DNA from: Phenylobacterium sp.
GTDB lineage: Bacteria; Pseudomonadota; Alphaproteobacteria; Caulobacterales; Caulobacteraceae
Length of the DNA stretch: 64,000 bases
NCBI GenBank assembly: GCA_045802455.1
Contig: JBJMQX010000154.1
Span: 6,925 to 70,924 of the forward strand
Direction of reading: 5' to 3'
In this document: piece after piece, positions 44,781 through 53,212 of the stretch
How positions within the stretch are numbered: the stretch's first letter is position 1
Layout of the letters: each line of letters starts with the position of its first letter
Translations under genes and position numbers: made by a program
The notes under the pieces: model-generated
The model's input: only the letters and a program-made list of their open reading frames with translations
Databases searched by the model: none
What the model was told of the DNA's origin: nothing

Positions 44781-46478
44781 TCAGGTGAGCGCCAGCGGCA
44801 CCTTGGCCAGGTCGCCGCGCCAGTGGCCGCGGGCCTCGGCGGCGTGGGCTTGCGAGCCCTTGGCGTCGCCGAGCTTCGCCTCGGCCTGGCTAAGTACGCG
44901 CAGGGCGAGCGCGTCGGCCGGCCAGTCCTTCAGGCTGGCGCGGGCTTCACGGGCCGCGTCGGCGGGCTTGCCGGCGGCCAAGTCGGCGGCGGCCAGGCTG
45001 CGGCGCACCGGATACCACCAGGGCGGCGGATCGAAGGCCTTGGCGAAGGGATAGGAGCGTTCCTGGTTCTCCGCGGCGCGGGCGAAGTAGCCGGCCGCGC
45101 GCTCGGGCTGGCGCGAGAGCAGGGCGGCCCGGCCGGAGAGCACGTCGGCGGCGATGCCGGCGATAGACTGAGCCTCCAGGTCGGCGGACTTGATGGCGGC
45201 GGCCTGCAGGGCCACGAGGGCGTCGGCTTCGCGCCGCACCCCGGCCGCGTCGGCCCGGGCGGCGAACGCCTCGCCGCGGGCGTAGTGGCGGTAGACCTTC
45301 AGGATGGGCTTTTCCCCGGCGACATCGGTGAGCGCGAGCGCGCGGGCCGGTGCATAGCGGCCCAGCGCCACCAGGCTGCGCGCCTGAGCGGTGGCGCGGC
45401 GGTCGGCGGGCTTCTCCGCGCGGGTCAGGCCGGCGGGGAGCGCGATGGCGCCATTGAACCCGGCCGGGAAGGCGACCTCGGCGTGGTCGGCGTACTTCAC
45501 CGCCAGCCGCCCGTCGCCGGCCATCAGCGCGCCCGCCAGGCCGAAGGTGTAGTTGTGCAGGTAGTACATCTGGGCCGATAGCGGGCCGGGGTAACGGAGC
45601 CTGGCCTCCACGTCGGCGTCGACCTTCAGCGCCTGGGCGTCGAGGACGGCGACCTGCTCGTAGCGGCCGACGTGCATCAGGGTGTGGGCGGCCATGTGCA
45701 CCAGGTGGCTGGCGCCTGGCGCGAGGCCGGCCAGCTTCTCGGCGTAGGGGAGCGCGTCGCCCGGGCGCCCGGCGAACTCGCTGGCGTGGATGTAGTAGTG
45801 GATCGCGGCGGTGTCGTCGGGCCGGCGGGCCAGCACGACCTTCAGGATCGCCTCGGCGCGAGCGACGTTGGCCGCATCTGACCCGCGGCCTGGGATCATC
45901 AGCGCCTCGGCGGCGAGGACGGCGACCTGGTCGTCGGCGGGATAGCGCCGCACGAGGTCGTCCATGGCCTTGGCGAAGGCCTGGTCGCGATCGGCGCGGT
46001 CCTTGGCGTAGCGGACCAGCATGGCGTCGATCAGTCCCTGGGCGCGGGCGTCGCCGGCCTTGGCGAGCCTGGCGGCGCGCTGGGCGTGGGTCAGGGCCTC
46101 GGCGGTCTCGTCGGCGGTGACGCCGTAGTTCAGCGTGGGCCCGAGGCCGAGCGCCACGCCCCACTCGCAGAGCGCGCAGGCGGGATCGAGGGCGGCGGCC
46201 CTGGCGAAGGCGTCGCGCGCCTCGTTGTGGTTGAAGGCGTGGTAGAGGTTCAGCCCCTCGTCGAACCAGGCCTGGGCGCGGGCGTTGGCGGTGTCCGCGG
46301 GCGAGGCGCCGTTGCCGACGCCGGCCAGCATCACCGCGGTCTCGGCGACGCCCGGGCGGGCCGCCTGTTCCGCGCCGCAGATGTAGCCGACGCCCAGCTG
46401 GGTCGCGTCGGCGCCTGGCGCAGCGGGGACCGCCAGGACGGCGGCGGCGAGCGCGGCGGCGGCGAGCTTCATGGACAT
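44781..46478 (-). CDS. Secreted TPR-like repeat protein (hypothetical)
   Basis: Signal peptide MSMKLAAAALAAAVLAVPAAPGADA. Helical-repeat, Ala/Leu/Arg-rich sequence with ordinary codon phase. Confidence 0.65.
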   Translation of the reverse strand: MSMKLAAAALAAAVLAVPAAPGADATQLGVGYICGAEQAARPGVAETAVMLAGVGNGASPADTANARAQAWFDEGLNLYHAFNHNEARDAFARAAALDPACALCEWGVALGLGPTLNYGVTADETAEALTHAQRAARLAKAGDARAQGLIDAMLVRYAKDRADRDQAFAKAMDDLVRRYPADDQVAVLAAEALMIPGRGSDAANVARAEAILKVVLARRPDDTAAIHYYIHASEFAGRPGDALPYAEKLAGLAPGASHLVHMAAHTLMHVGRYEQVAVLDAQALKVDADVEARLRYPGPLSAQMYYLHNYTFGLAGALMAGDGRLAVKYADHAEVAFPAGFNGAIALPAGLTRAEKPADRRATAQARSLVALGRYAPARALALTDVAGEKPILKVYRHYARGEAFAARADAAGVRREADALVALQAAAIKSADLEAQSIAGIAADVLSGRAALLSRQPERAAGYFARAAENQERSYPFAKAFDPPPWWYPVRRSLAAADLAAGKPADAAREARASLKDWPADALALRVLSQAEAKLGDAKGSQAHAAEARGHWRGDLAKVPLALT

Positions 46479-46535
46479 CCTCCCGAGGCCGGAAGGGTCG
46501 GGCGTTTTCGCCCCGCCCGCAAGGGCGGCTCGGCG

Positions 46536-46691
46536 TCAGCGGGCGGCGGCGCCGGGCAGGAGGGGCGCGACGGCGGCGGCGGGCGCGGCGAGCTGGGCGT
46601 GCAGGGGCGCAGGCTGGACCGCGGCGTAAGCCGGTCCCGCCATCAGGCAGGTGGCGAAGGCCTTGAGGCCAAGATATCGGCGGACCAGCAT
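46536..46691 (-). CDS. Possible 51-aa signal-peptide-like micro-ORF (below the track cutoff)
   Basis: MLVRRYLGLKAFATCLMAGPAYAAVQPAPLHAQLAAPAAAVAPLLPGAAAR*. GAGGGAG upstream of ATG 46691. Confidence 0.3.
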   Translation of the reverse strand: MLVRRYLGLKAFATCLMAGPAYAAVQPAPLHAQLAAPAAAVAPLLPGAAAR

Positions 46692-46779
46692 CGGGAAGCT
46701 CCCTCGTCCCAGGAGATACGGCCTGAGGACGCAGAAGGCTTCAGCCGCCCGACATGGGTTGACGGGAAAATCCGCCCGA

Positions 46780-46805
46780 GCCCGCCCCTAAGGGTCGGGG
46801 GCGGC
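46780..46805 (-). terminator. Candidate rho-independent terminator after the 46811..47164 gene
   Basis: On the minus strand, GCCGCCCCCGACCCTTAGGGGCGGGC is followed by ...GGATTTTCC. Confidence 0.45.
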
Positions 46806-46810
46806 TGCTT

Positions 46811-47164
46811 CTAGGCGGCGATCCAGATGCCGTGGGCCAGGCGCTTCAGGCCTTCCGTCTGCCAGGGGAAGATGCGGGGCTCGTAGGCCCATTCGTACGC
46901 ACGCTCCTCACCGTCGGCGGTCCGGGCGCGCACCTCGAAGACCACCAGTGAGGTGAGACCGGTCCGCACGGGCGCCTCGCGGAAAGGCAGCTTTCGCAAC
47001 GCCAGCAGCGTTTCGCCACGGCTCTCGAGCATGCGCTCGACCGCCCGCCGGCCGCGCGCGCGGTAGGCGAAGTTGACGTGCCAGACACTCCAACCCGAAG
47101 CGCCGACGGCGATCGCCATCGCGATAGCGACAGGGAAGATCGGCGCGAACTGGTGCAGCGTCAT
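46811..47164 (-). CDS. Hypothetical membrane protein (117 aa)
   Basis: Start moved to Met244 of the track ORF (MTLHQFAPIFPVAIAMAIAVGASGWSVW). The upstream 243 aa are R/P/H shadow overlapping map. Confidence 0.6.
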   Translation of the reverse strand: MTLHQFAPIFPVAIAMAIAVGASGWSVWHVNFAYRARGRRAVERMLESRGETLLALRKLPFREAPVRTGLTSLVVFEVRARTADGEERAYEWAYEPRIFPWQTEGLKRLAHGIWIAA

Positions 47165-47175
47165 CGCAACAGCTC

Positions 47176-48006
47176 CTAGGCGCTGATCACCGGCGGCTTG
47201 AAGAGGCCGGCGGGCGACAGGGTGAAGACCTCGATGCCGTCCTCGGTGACGCCGCAGGAGTGCTCGCACTGGGCGGAGAGCGACTTGTCGCGGGTGACCG
47301 CGGTCCAGCCGTCGGAGAGCAGCTTCACCTGGTGCTTGCCCAGGTTCACCATCGGCTCGATCGTGAAGAACATGCCGGGGCGCAGGAGCTCGCCCGTGCC
47401 CGGCTGGCCGAAGTGCAGGATGTTGGGCGCGTCGTGGAACACGCGGCCGACCCCGTGGCCGCAGAAGTCGCGGACCACCGAGCAGCGCATGCTCTCCACA
47501 TAGGTCTGGATGGCGTGGCCGATGTCGCCGGTGCGCAGGCCGGGTTTCACGGCGGCGATGCCGCGGGCGATGGCTTCGTAGGTGACGTCGATCAGCCGCT
47601 TGGCGCGGGGCGCGACCGGGCCGACGCCGTACATCCGCGACGTGTCGCCGTGCCAGCCATCGACGATCACGGTGACGTCGATGTTGACGATGTCGCCCTC
47701 GCGCAGCGCCCGCTCGCCCGGGATCCCGTGGCAGACGATGTGGTTGGGGCTGATGCAGAGCGTCTTGGTGTAGCCGCGGTAGCCCAGGCAGGCGGGGATC
47801 GCGCCGTGGTCCAGGATGAACTCGCGGGCGAGCGTGTCGAGCGTCTCGGTCAGCACGCCGGGCACCACGTGGGGGACCAGCATATCCAGGCACTCGGCGG
47901 CCAGCCGGCCGGCGCGGCGCATGCCCTCGAAGTCCTCGGGCTTGTGGATCTTGATCTGGCCGGTGCGGTACTCGGCGTCGAGGATGTCGGTGGCGGAGAG
48001 GGTCAT
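47176..48006 (-). CDS. map: Type I methionyl aminopeptidase
   Basis: HGIPGERALREGDIVNIDVTVIVDGWHGDTSRMY...FCGHGVGRVFH...FTIEPM...EHS. Confidence 0.95.
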   Translation of the reverse strand: MTLSATDILDAEYRTGQIKIHKPEDFEGMRRAGRLAAECLDMLVPHVVPGVLTETLDTLAREFILDHGAIPACLGYRGYTKTLCISPNHIVCHGIPGERALREGDIVNIDVTVIVDGWHGDTSRMYGVGPVAPRAKRLIDVTYEAIARGIAAVKPGLRTGDIGHAIQTYVESMRCSVVRDFCGHGVGRVFHDAPNILHFGQPGTGELLRPGMFFTIEPMVNLGKHQVKLLSDGWTAVTRDKSLSAQCEHSCGVTEDGIEVFTLSPAGLFKPPVISA

Positions 48007-48143
48007 GCTGTGGTGCTTCGCGGGCTCGGTCCCTTTAAGTGGCACGATAGCACGGAAGTTCAACGTCAGGTTACCTACGCCGCGACAGCCCGGGTCGGAG
48101 CTGGCCGGGCCGGCGCCACGAGAGGCGTGAGGAGGGAGGGTCG

Positions 48144-48767
48144 ATGATTGATATCCTGAAGACCCTCGCCGCCCTGGCCCTGGGCTATCTGCTGGGCAGC
48201 CTGAACACGGCCGTGATCGTGGGCAGGATCTACGGCAAGGACATAACCCAGCATGGCAGCAAGAGCGCCGGGCTCACCAATACGCTGCGGGTGCTCGGCA
48301 GGCCGGCCGCGGCGCTGGTCCTTGCGGGCGATGTCTTGAAGGGGATCGCCGCCTGTCTCATCGGGCTGGGGTTCGGGGTCTATGTCGGTTCGGGCGCGGC
48401 CAGGGACTGCGTGAGCCTGCTGGCGGCCGGCGCAGGCGTCGTCGTGGGCCACAACTGGCCGGTCTATTTCGGGTTCAAGGGCGGCAAGGGGATGCTGACG
48501 GCGGCGGCCGTGATGTTCATGTTCGATTGGCGCATGGCCGCAATCAGCCTGGGCGTCTTCGTGCTGGTCGTCGCCCTGAGCCGCTATGTCTCCCTGGGCA
48601 CGATCTGTGCGGCGGTGTTCTTCGTCGCCATCTCGTTCGCGCCGGTGTTCGGAGCGACGGTCTATTTCCAGATGTTCGCGCTGCTGATGGCGCTGATGAT
48701 CGTCTTCAAGCACCGGGAAAACATCCGACGGCTGATGTCGGGGACGGAAAACCGGCTGGCCTTCTGA
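48144..48767 (+). CDS. plsY: Glycerol-3-phosphate acyltransferase PlsY
   Basis: GYLLGSLNTAVIVGR...GSKSAGLTNTLRVLG...GHNWPVYFGFKGGKG. Confidence 0.95.
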   Translation: MIDILKTLAALALGYLLGSLNTAVIVGRIYGKDITQHGSKSAGLTNTLRVLGRPAAALVLAGDVLKGIAACLIGLGFGVYVGSGAARDCVSLLAAGAGVVVGHNWPVYFGFKGGKGMLTAAAVMFMFDWRMAAISLGVFVLVVALSRYVSLGTICAAVFFVAISFAPVFGATVYFQMFALLMALMIVFKHRENIRRLMSGTENRLAF

Positions 48768-48771
48768 GCGG

Positions 48772-49464
48772 TCAGGCGATGCGGGCGCCGAGTTGGACGC
48801 CGGCGACGTCGATCGCGCAGCCGTAGACATAGACCTCGACGCCGGCGGCCTGCACCCGCTCCAGCGCGAGGGCGAAGGCGGGATCGCAGTCCCCGGCGGG
48901 CGCGAAGCGCTGGCAGTCCGTCCGCTGCACGACGAACAGGACGGCCGCCCGATCGCCGGCCGCGACCATGGCCTCGAGTTCGCCGAGGTGTTTGGTCGAC
49001 CGCGCCGCCACGCAATCGGGGAATTCGGCCAGGCCGGGCGTCCGCATCAGGTGGACGTTCTTGACCTCCAGCCAACAGGGCGCGCGGTCCGGGGCCTGCA
49101 GCAGGAAGTCGACGCGGGAGTTGCTCCCGTAGCGCACTTCGCGGCGGTGGGTGGCGTAGCCGGCGACTTCGGGAATCGCGTCCGCGGCCAGGGCTTCGGC
49201 CACCAGGCGGTTGGGGTGCAGGGTGTTGATCCCGACGAGGCCGCCGTCGGCCTCCACCAGCTCCAGCGTGTGCGCGAGCTTGCGCTTAGGGTCGTCGGAC
49301 CGGGAGAGCCAGGCGGGCAGGCCCGGCGTGTTCAGGCCCAGCATCGCGCCAGGGTTCGGGCAGTGGGCGGTGACCGGCCTGCCGTCGTCCAGCACCACGT
49401 CGGCGAAGAAGCGCTTGTAGCGGCTGACGAGCGTGCCGCGGATGAGCGGTTGCGGGAAGTCCAT
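48772..49464 (-). CDS. sfsA: Sugar fermentation stimulation protein SfsA
   Basis: Start moved to [23 protein letters not shown]. Contains WLEVKNVHL. Confidence 0.9.
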   Translation of the reverse strand: MDFPQPLIRGTLVSRYKRFFADVVLDDGRPVTAHCPNPGAMLGLNTPGLPAWLSRSDDPKRKLAHTLELVEADGGLVGINTLHPNRLVAEALAADAIPEVAGYATHRREVRYGSNSRVDFLLQAPDRAPCWLEVKNVHLMRTPGLAEFPDCVAARSTKHLGELEAMVAAGDRAAVLFVVQRTDCQRFAPAGDCDPAFALALERVQAAGVEVYVYGCAIDVAGVQLGARIA

Positions 49465-49516
49465 CGATGGCTTTAGTCCGACCTGAAGGCAGCGGATGTA
49501 GGCGAGGGATCGGCGG

Positions 49517-50299
49517 ATGGCGAGCGGCGGGCAGGAGGGGCGGGTCACCGCCGCGGTGCTGATCATCGGCGACGAGATCCTGTCGGGGCGGACGCAGGAC
49601 ACCAACCTGCGCGACATCGCCCGCTATCTCGGCGTGCATGGGATCGACCTCGCCGAGGCGCGCACCGTGCCGGACGTGCACGAGGAGATCATCGCCGCAC
49701 TGAACGCGCTGCGCGGCCGCTACGACTATGTGATCACCACCGGCGGCATCGGGCCGACGCACGACGACATCACCGCCGACGCGGTCGCCGCCGCGTTCGG
49801 GGTGGAGCTCTATGAGCATCCCGAGATCATCGCCCAGATCGAGGCGCGCGTACGCTCGCGGCCAGGCTTGGCGATGAACGCGGCGATGCGGCGGATGGCG
49901 CGCGTCCCGATGGGCGGCGAGCTGGTGCGCAGCTCGGTGGCGGCGCCGCCGGGTTTCACCATCGGCAACGTCTTCGTGCTGGCAGGCGTGCCGACGATCA
50001 TGCGCGCCATGCTGGAGGACGTGGGCCACCGGCTGAAGGGCGGCGTGGTGACGGTGGCGCGCACGGTGCGGGTGGAGGGCTCGGGCGAGAGCGTGATCGC
50101 CGAGCCGCTGGAAACCGTCGCCAAGGCGCACCCGGCCATGAGCCTGGGTAGCTATCCGTTCTTCAACGAGGGCGTGTTCGGCTCCAACCTGGTGCTGCGC
50201 GGGCGCGACCCTGACGAGGTGGCGGCCACGGTGGACGAGCTGATCGCGGTCCTGGCGGGCGTGGGCGTCCAGAACGTGCGGGAAATCGACGCAAGCTAG
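49517..50299 (+). CDS. CinA-like / MoCF-biosynthesis (molybdopterin-binding) domain protein
   Basis: [27 protein letters not shown]...[26 protein letters not shown]. Confidence 0.85.
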   Translation: MASGGQEGRVTAAVLIIGDEILSGRTQDTNLRDIARYLGVHGIDLAEARTVPDVHEEIIAALNALRGRYDYVITTGGIGPTHDDITADAVAAAFGVELYEHPEIIAQIEARVRSRPGLAMNAAMRRMARVPMGGELVRSSVAAPPGFTIGNVFVLAGVPTIMRAMLEDVGHRLKGGVVTVARTVRVEGSGESVIAEPLETVAKAHPAMSLGSYPFFNEGVFGSNLVLRGRDPDEVAATVDELIAVLAGVGVQNVREIDAS

Positions 50300-50384
50300 C
50301 GGCGGCTGGCCCCCCGTCATTTGGCCAAACGCCGAACTTCCGGTATGCGTCCGGCTCACATGTTCTCGGAGCGTCAGAGTAAAG

Positions 50385-50654
50385 ATGATCGTTGCGATGC
50401 TTGCGGCCACCGTCCTGCTGGCCGATTCCACGGCCGCCCTGCAGGCCACCGCGACCCAGCCTGCCGCCACCGCGGCGGCCCCGGCCAAGAAGGCCGGCGA
50501 CCAGGCCAACCTGGTGTGCAAGAGCGAGCCCGTGCTCGGCTCCCGGATGCCGGTGAAGCGTTGCCGCACCTCGGACCAGGCCAAGGCCGACAAGCAGGCG
50601 GCCCGCGAGGAGCTCGAGCGCGCCCAGGGCGCGATGGCGCAGAACCCGCACTAG
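50385..50654 (+). CDS. Small secreted hypothetical protein (89 aa)
   Basis: Signal-like N-terminus MIVAMLAATVLLADS. Then NLVCKSEPVLGSRMPVKRCRT and a charged tail. Confidence 0.6.
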   Translation: MIVAMLAATVLLADSTAALQATATQPAATAAAPAKKAGDQANLVCKSEPVLGSRMPVKRCRTSDQAKADKQAAREELERAQGAMAQNPH

Positions 50655-50728
50655 TGTGCTGGATTTGAAGTTCGCATCATTCAGGGTCGTGCGCTGTTGC
50701 GAACTTCAAATCCCAAGAAGCACACTAG
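50651..50728. repeat. Hairpin element E1 (78 bp): perfect 10-bp outer and 16-bp inner stems
   Basis: CTAGTGTGCT-GGATTTGAAGTTCGCA, a 21-nt loop, then TGCGAACTTCAAATCC-(caaga)-AGCACACTAG. It starts on the stop codon of the 89-aa ORF. Confidence 0.85.
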
Positions 50729-50741
50729 AAATATAAGCTTG

Positions 50742-50816
50742 CTAGTGTCCTCATCGATTCCGAAGTTCGTCCGAGCCCGCCACAAGCGCCTGCGAACTTC
50801 GGAATCGGGACACTAG
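50742..50816. repeat. Hairpin element E2 (75 bp), related to E1
   Basis: CTAGTGTCC-(tcat)-CGATTCCGAAGTTCG, a 23-nt loop, then CGAACTTCGGAATCG-GGACACTAG. It shares CTAGTGT and GAAGTTCG with E1. Confidence 0.85.
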
Positions 50817-50916
50817 AAGACCGCGCTTCAGTACCGGACCGACTCCGTCTCATTTTGTTCATACTGTGGATAGCTCTCGGTCCTAGATTCGGCTGGCCTG
50901 TTTGGGAGGCCTCAGA

Positions 50917-51624
50917 GTGAAGACACTGACGGTGATGTCCCGCAAAGGCGGGGCCGGCAAGACGACCGTCGCGGTCAACCTGGCGCTGGCGGCGCGCGCC
51001 ATGGGCGTCAAGGCGGTGCTGGCCGACGCCGACCCGCTGCGCTCGGCCTGCGAGGTGCTGCGCGGCCGGCCCGAGGCGGACGGGGTGCTCTTCGAGACCA
51101 GCGCCGCCAAGCTCTTCGCGCTCACCGAGGCCTGCCGCCGCGGCGGCGTCGACCTCCTGATCATCGACACCCCGGCGGCGCCGGAACAGGACGTCGCCGA
51201 GGCCGTGAAGGTGGCCGACCTGTCGCTGGCGGTCGCGCGGCCCACCTATCTGGACCTCGCCGCCGCCGTGCGTTCCGTCGCCATCATCCAGCAGCTTGGC
51301 CGCGACGGGATGATCGTGCTGAACCAGTGCGCCCCGGCGCGCGGCGGCGTCGAGCCGCCGGCGGTGGTCAGGGCGTTCGACGCCCTGCGTTTCGTGGGCC
51401 TGCCGGTCACTCCGGTCGCCCTGCGCTCGCGGCTGGTCTACCAGACCGCGTTCGCCTATGGCCGCTCGGTCCTGGAGATCGACCTGGAGGGCTCGGCCGC
51501 GACCGAGGTCCGCGAGCTGTTCGGCCAGGTCTGGCGCAAGCTCACGGGCGCGGCCGAGCCGGCGCTGCGCACCGCCAACGACGACCTGCGCCGGCCCGCG
51601 GGCCGCGCCCCGGGCGCCGGATGA
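50917..51624 (+). CDS. ParA-family ATPase (orphan, no ParB-like partner visible)
   Basis: Deviant Walker A SRKGGAGKTT. GGGAGG 7 nt upstream of GTG 50917. DLLIIDTP. Confidence 0.85.
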   Translation: MKTLTVMSRKGGAGKTTVAVNLALAARAMGVKAVLADADPLRSACEVLRGRPEADGVLFETSAAKLFALTEACRRGGVDLLIIDTPAAPEQDVAEAVKVADLSLAVARPTYLDLAAAVRSVAIIQQLGRDGMIVLNQCAPARGGVEPPAVVRAFDALRFVGLPVTPVALRSRLVYQTAFAYGRSVLEIDLEGSAATEVRELFGQVWRKLTGAAEPALRTANDDLRRPAGRAPGAG

Positions 51625-51718
51625 GCGACATTCCACTGTTCCGCTGACGCAGCGCCGCCCGGCGACCGCCGCCGAGGCTCGGGATGCATCGGGTCGCTGG
51701 AAGCGTCTTGCGCTCGGA

Positions 51719-53212
51719 CTAATCCGTTGGATGCAACCACTTCGGCAGGAGATCATGGGGGTCGACGTCGGGCCACGCGCTCAACGTCATGCCAGTGCGC
51801 TCCATGAGCTTGCGGAGCCGTCCGCTGCTGTAGGCACCCAAGGTTTCCCCGCACCCGCCGACGAACTCACCGCCCACGAAGACCTGCGGGATCGTCGCAA
51901 AGCCGGTCCTGACCTCGAGAGCCTGGCGGATGCGCCGGCCAAGTTCGTCCTTCTGCAACGCCACGGAGTCGATATCCACGGAGCGGAACGGAATCTCCAG
52001 TCGGCGAAACAGCTCGCGAACCGACGAACAGAAGTCGCACCACTTGAGGCTGAACAGGACCACCGGCTGGTCCGCATCGGCGAGGGCCTCGCCGATGAGC
52101 TTTTCGGCTTCCGGATCGGCCACAATGGCGTTCTGCGGCGCCCTGTTCGGCGCGGTCGCTGGGAGCTGGGGCGCGGCGTCGAACCGCGCCGACGGGGTGG
52201 AGCGCGAAATCTCCAGCTCGGCCGGCGACATGTCGGCCGGCACATCGTCGAACAGCGGGGTCGACAGATACCTTTCTCCGGTATCGGCGAGCATGCACAG
52301 GATCGAGGAGCCTTCCGGCGCACGCTGCGCAACGCTCAGGGCGCCGGCGAGCACGGCGCCCGACGAAATGCCGACGAACACGCCCTCCGCCTGAGCGAGC
52401 TGGCGAGCCAGGCGAACGGATTGCGCCGCGTCCACGGGCACGATCTCGTCGACCAGGCCCTGCGCCATCGCGTCGGACGTGAGCTTGGAGATGAAGTCGG
52501 GGCTCACCCCCTGGATCGGATGCGGTCGGAAGCTCGGGTGGCTGGCCAGCCCGGGACCCGCCGAGGCCGGCTGCGGAACGCCGCTGCCCATCACCTGCGC
52601 ATTGTCCGGTTCGACCGCGATGATGCGGGTCTCGGGCCGGGCGGCGCGCAGTCCTCGCGCGACCCCCTTCAGGGTGCCGCCGCTGCCCACCGCGGTGATG
52701 AAGTAGTCCAGCCGCTCGCCTTCGAAATCACGGATGATTTCCCGGGCGGTGTATTCGGTGTGCGCGTCGGCGTTCGCTTCGTTCTCGAACTGCCGCGTCA
52801 GGAACCAGCCGTGCGCCTCGGCAAGCTCAACGGCTTTCAGATACATGCCGCTGCCCTTCTGGGCCGCCGGCGTCAGGACCACCTGCGCGCCCAGGAAACG
52901 CATCAGGCGGCGGCGCTCCACGCTGAAGCTCTCTGCCATGGTGATGACCAGCGGATAGCCCTTCACCGCGCAGACCATCGCCAAACCGATGCCGGTGTTG
53001 CCGCTGGTGGCTTCGATCACGGTCTGGCCGGGCTGCAGCCGACCCTCTCGTTCCGCCCGTTCGATGACGGCGAGCGCCAGGCGGTCCTTCACCGAGCCCA
53101 TCGGGTTGAAGCATTCCAGCTTGCCGAAGAGCCGGACGCCGGGTGGCGCGAGCTTTGACAACTCGACGACTGGGGTGTCGCCGATGGTGTGCAGGACCGA
53201 GCGGTGTTTCAT
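51719..53212 (-). CDS. CysK/CysM-like fold-type II PLP enzyme fused to a C-terminal glutaredoxin domain
   Basis: Start moved to MKHRSVLHTIGDTPVV (Met56 of the track ORF). NPMGSVKDR, TSGNTGIG, then a linker and WCDFC (52028..52039) ... TIPQVFVGGEFVGG. Confidence 0.85.
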   Translation of the reverse strand: MKHRSVLHTIGDTPVVELSKLAPPGVRLFGKLECFNPMGSVKDRLALAVIERAEREGRLQPGQTVIEATSGNTGIGLAMVCAVKGYPLVITMAESFSVERRRLMRFLGAQVVLTPAAQKGSGMYLKAVELAEAHGWFLTRQFENEANADAHTEYTAREIIRDFEGERLDYFITAVGSGGTLKGVARGLRAARPETRIIAVEPDNAQVMGSGVPQPASAGPGLASHPSFRPHPIQGVSPDFISKLTSDAMAQGLVDEIVPVDAAQSVRLARQLAQAEGVFVGISSGAVLAGALSVAQRAPEGSSILCMLADTGERYLSTPLFDDVPADMSPAELEISRSTPSARFDAAPQLPATAPNRAPQNAIVADPEAEKLIGEALADADQPVVLFSLKWCDFCSSVRELFRRLEIPFRSVDIDSVALQKDELGRRIRQALEVRTGFATIPQVFVGGEFVGGCGETLGAYSSGRLRKLMERTGMTLSAWPDVDPHDLLPKWLHPTD

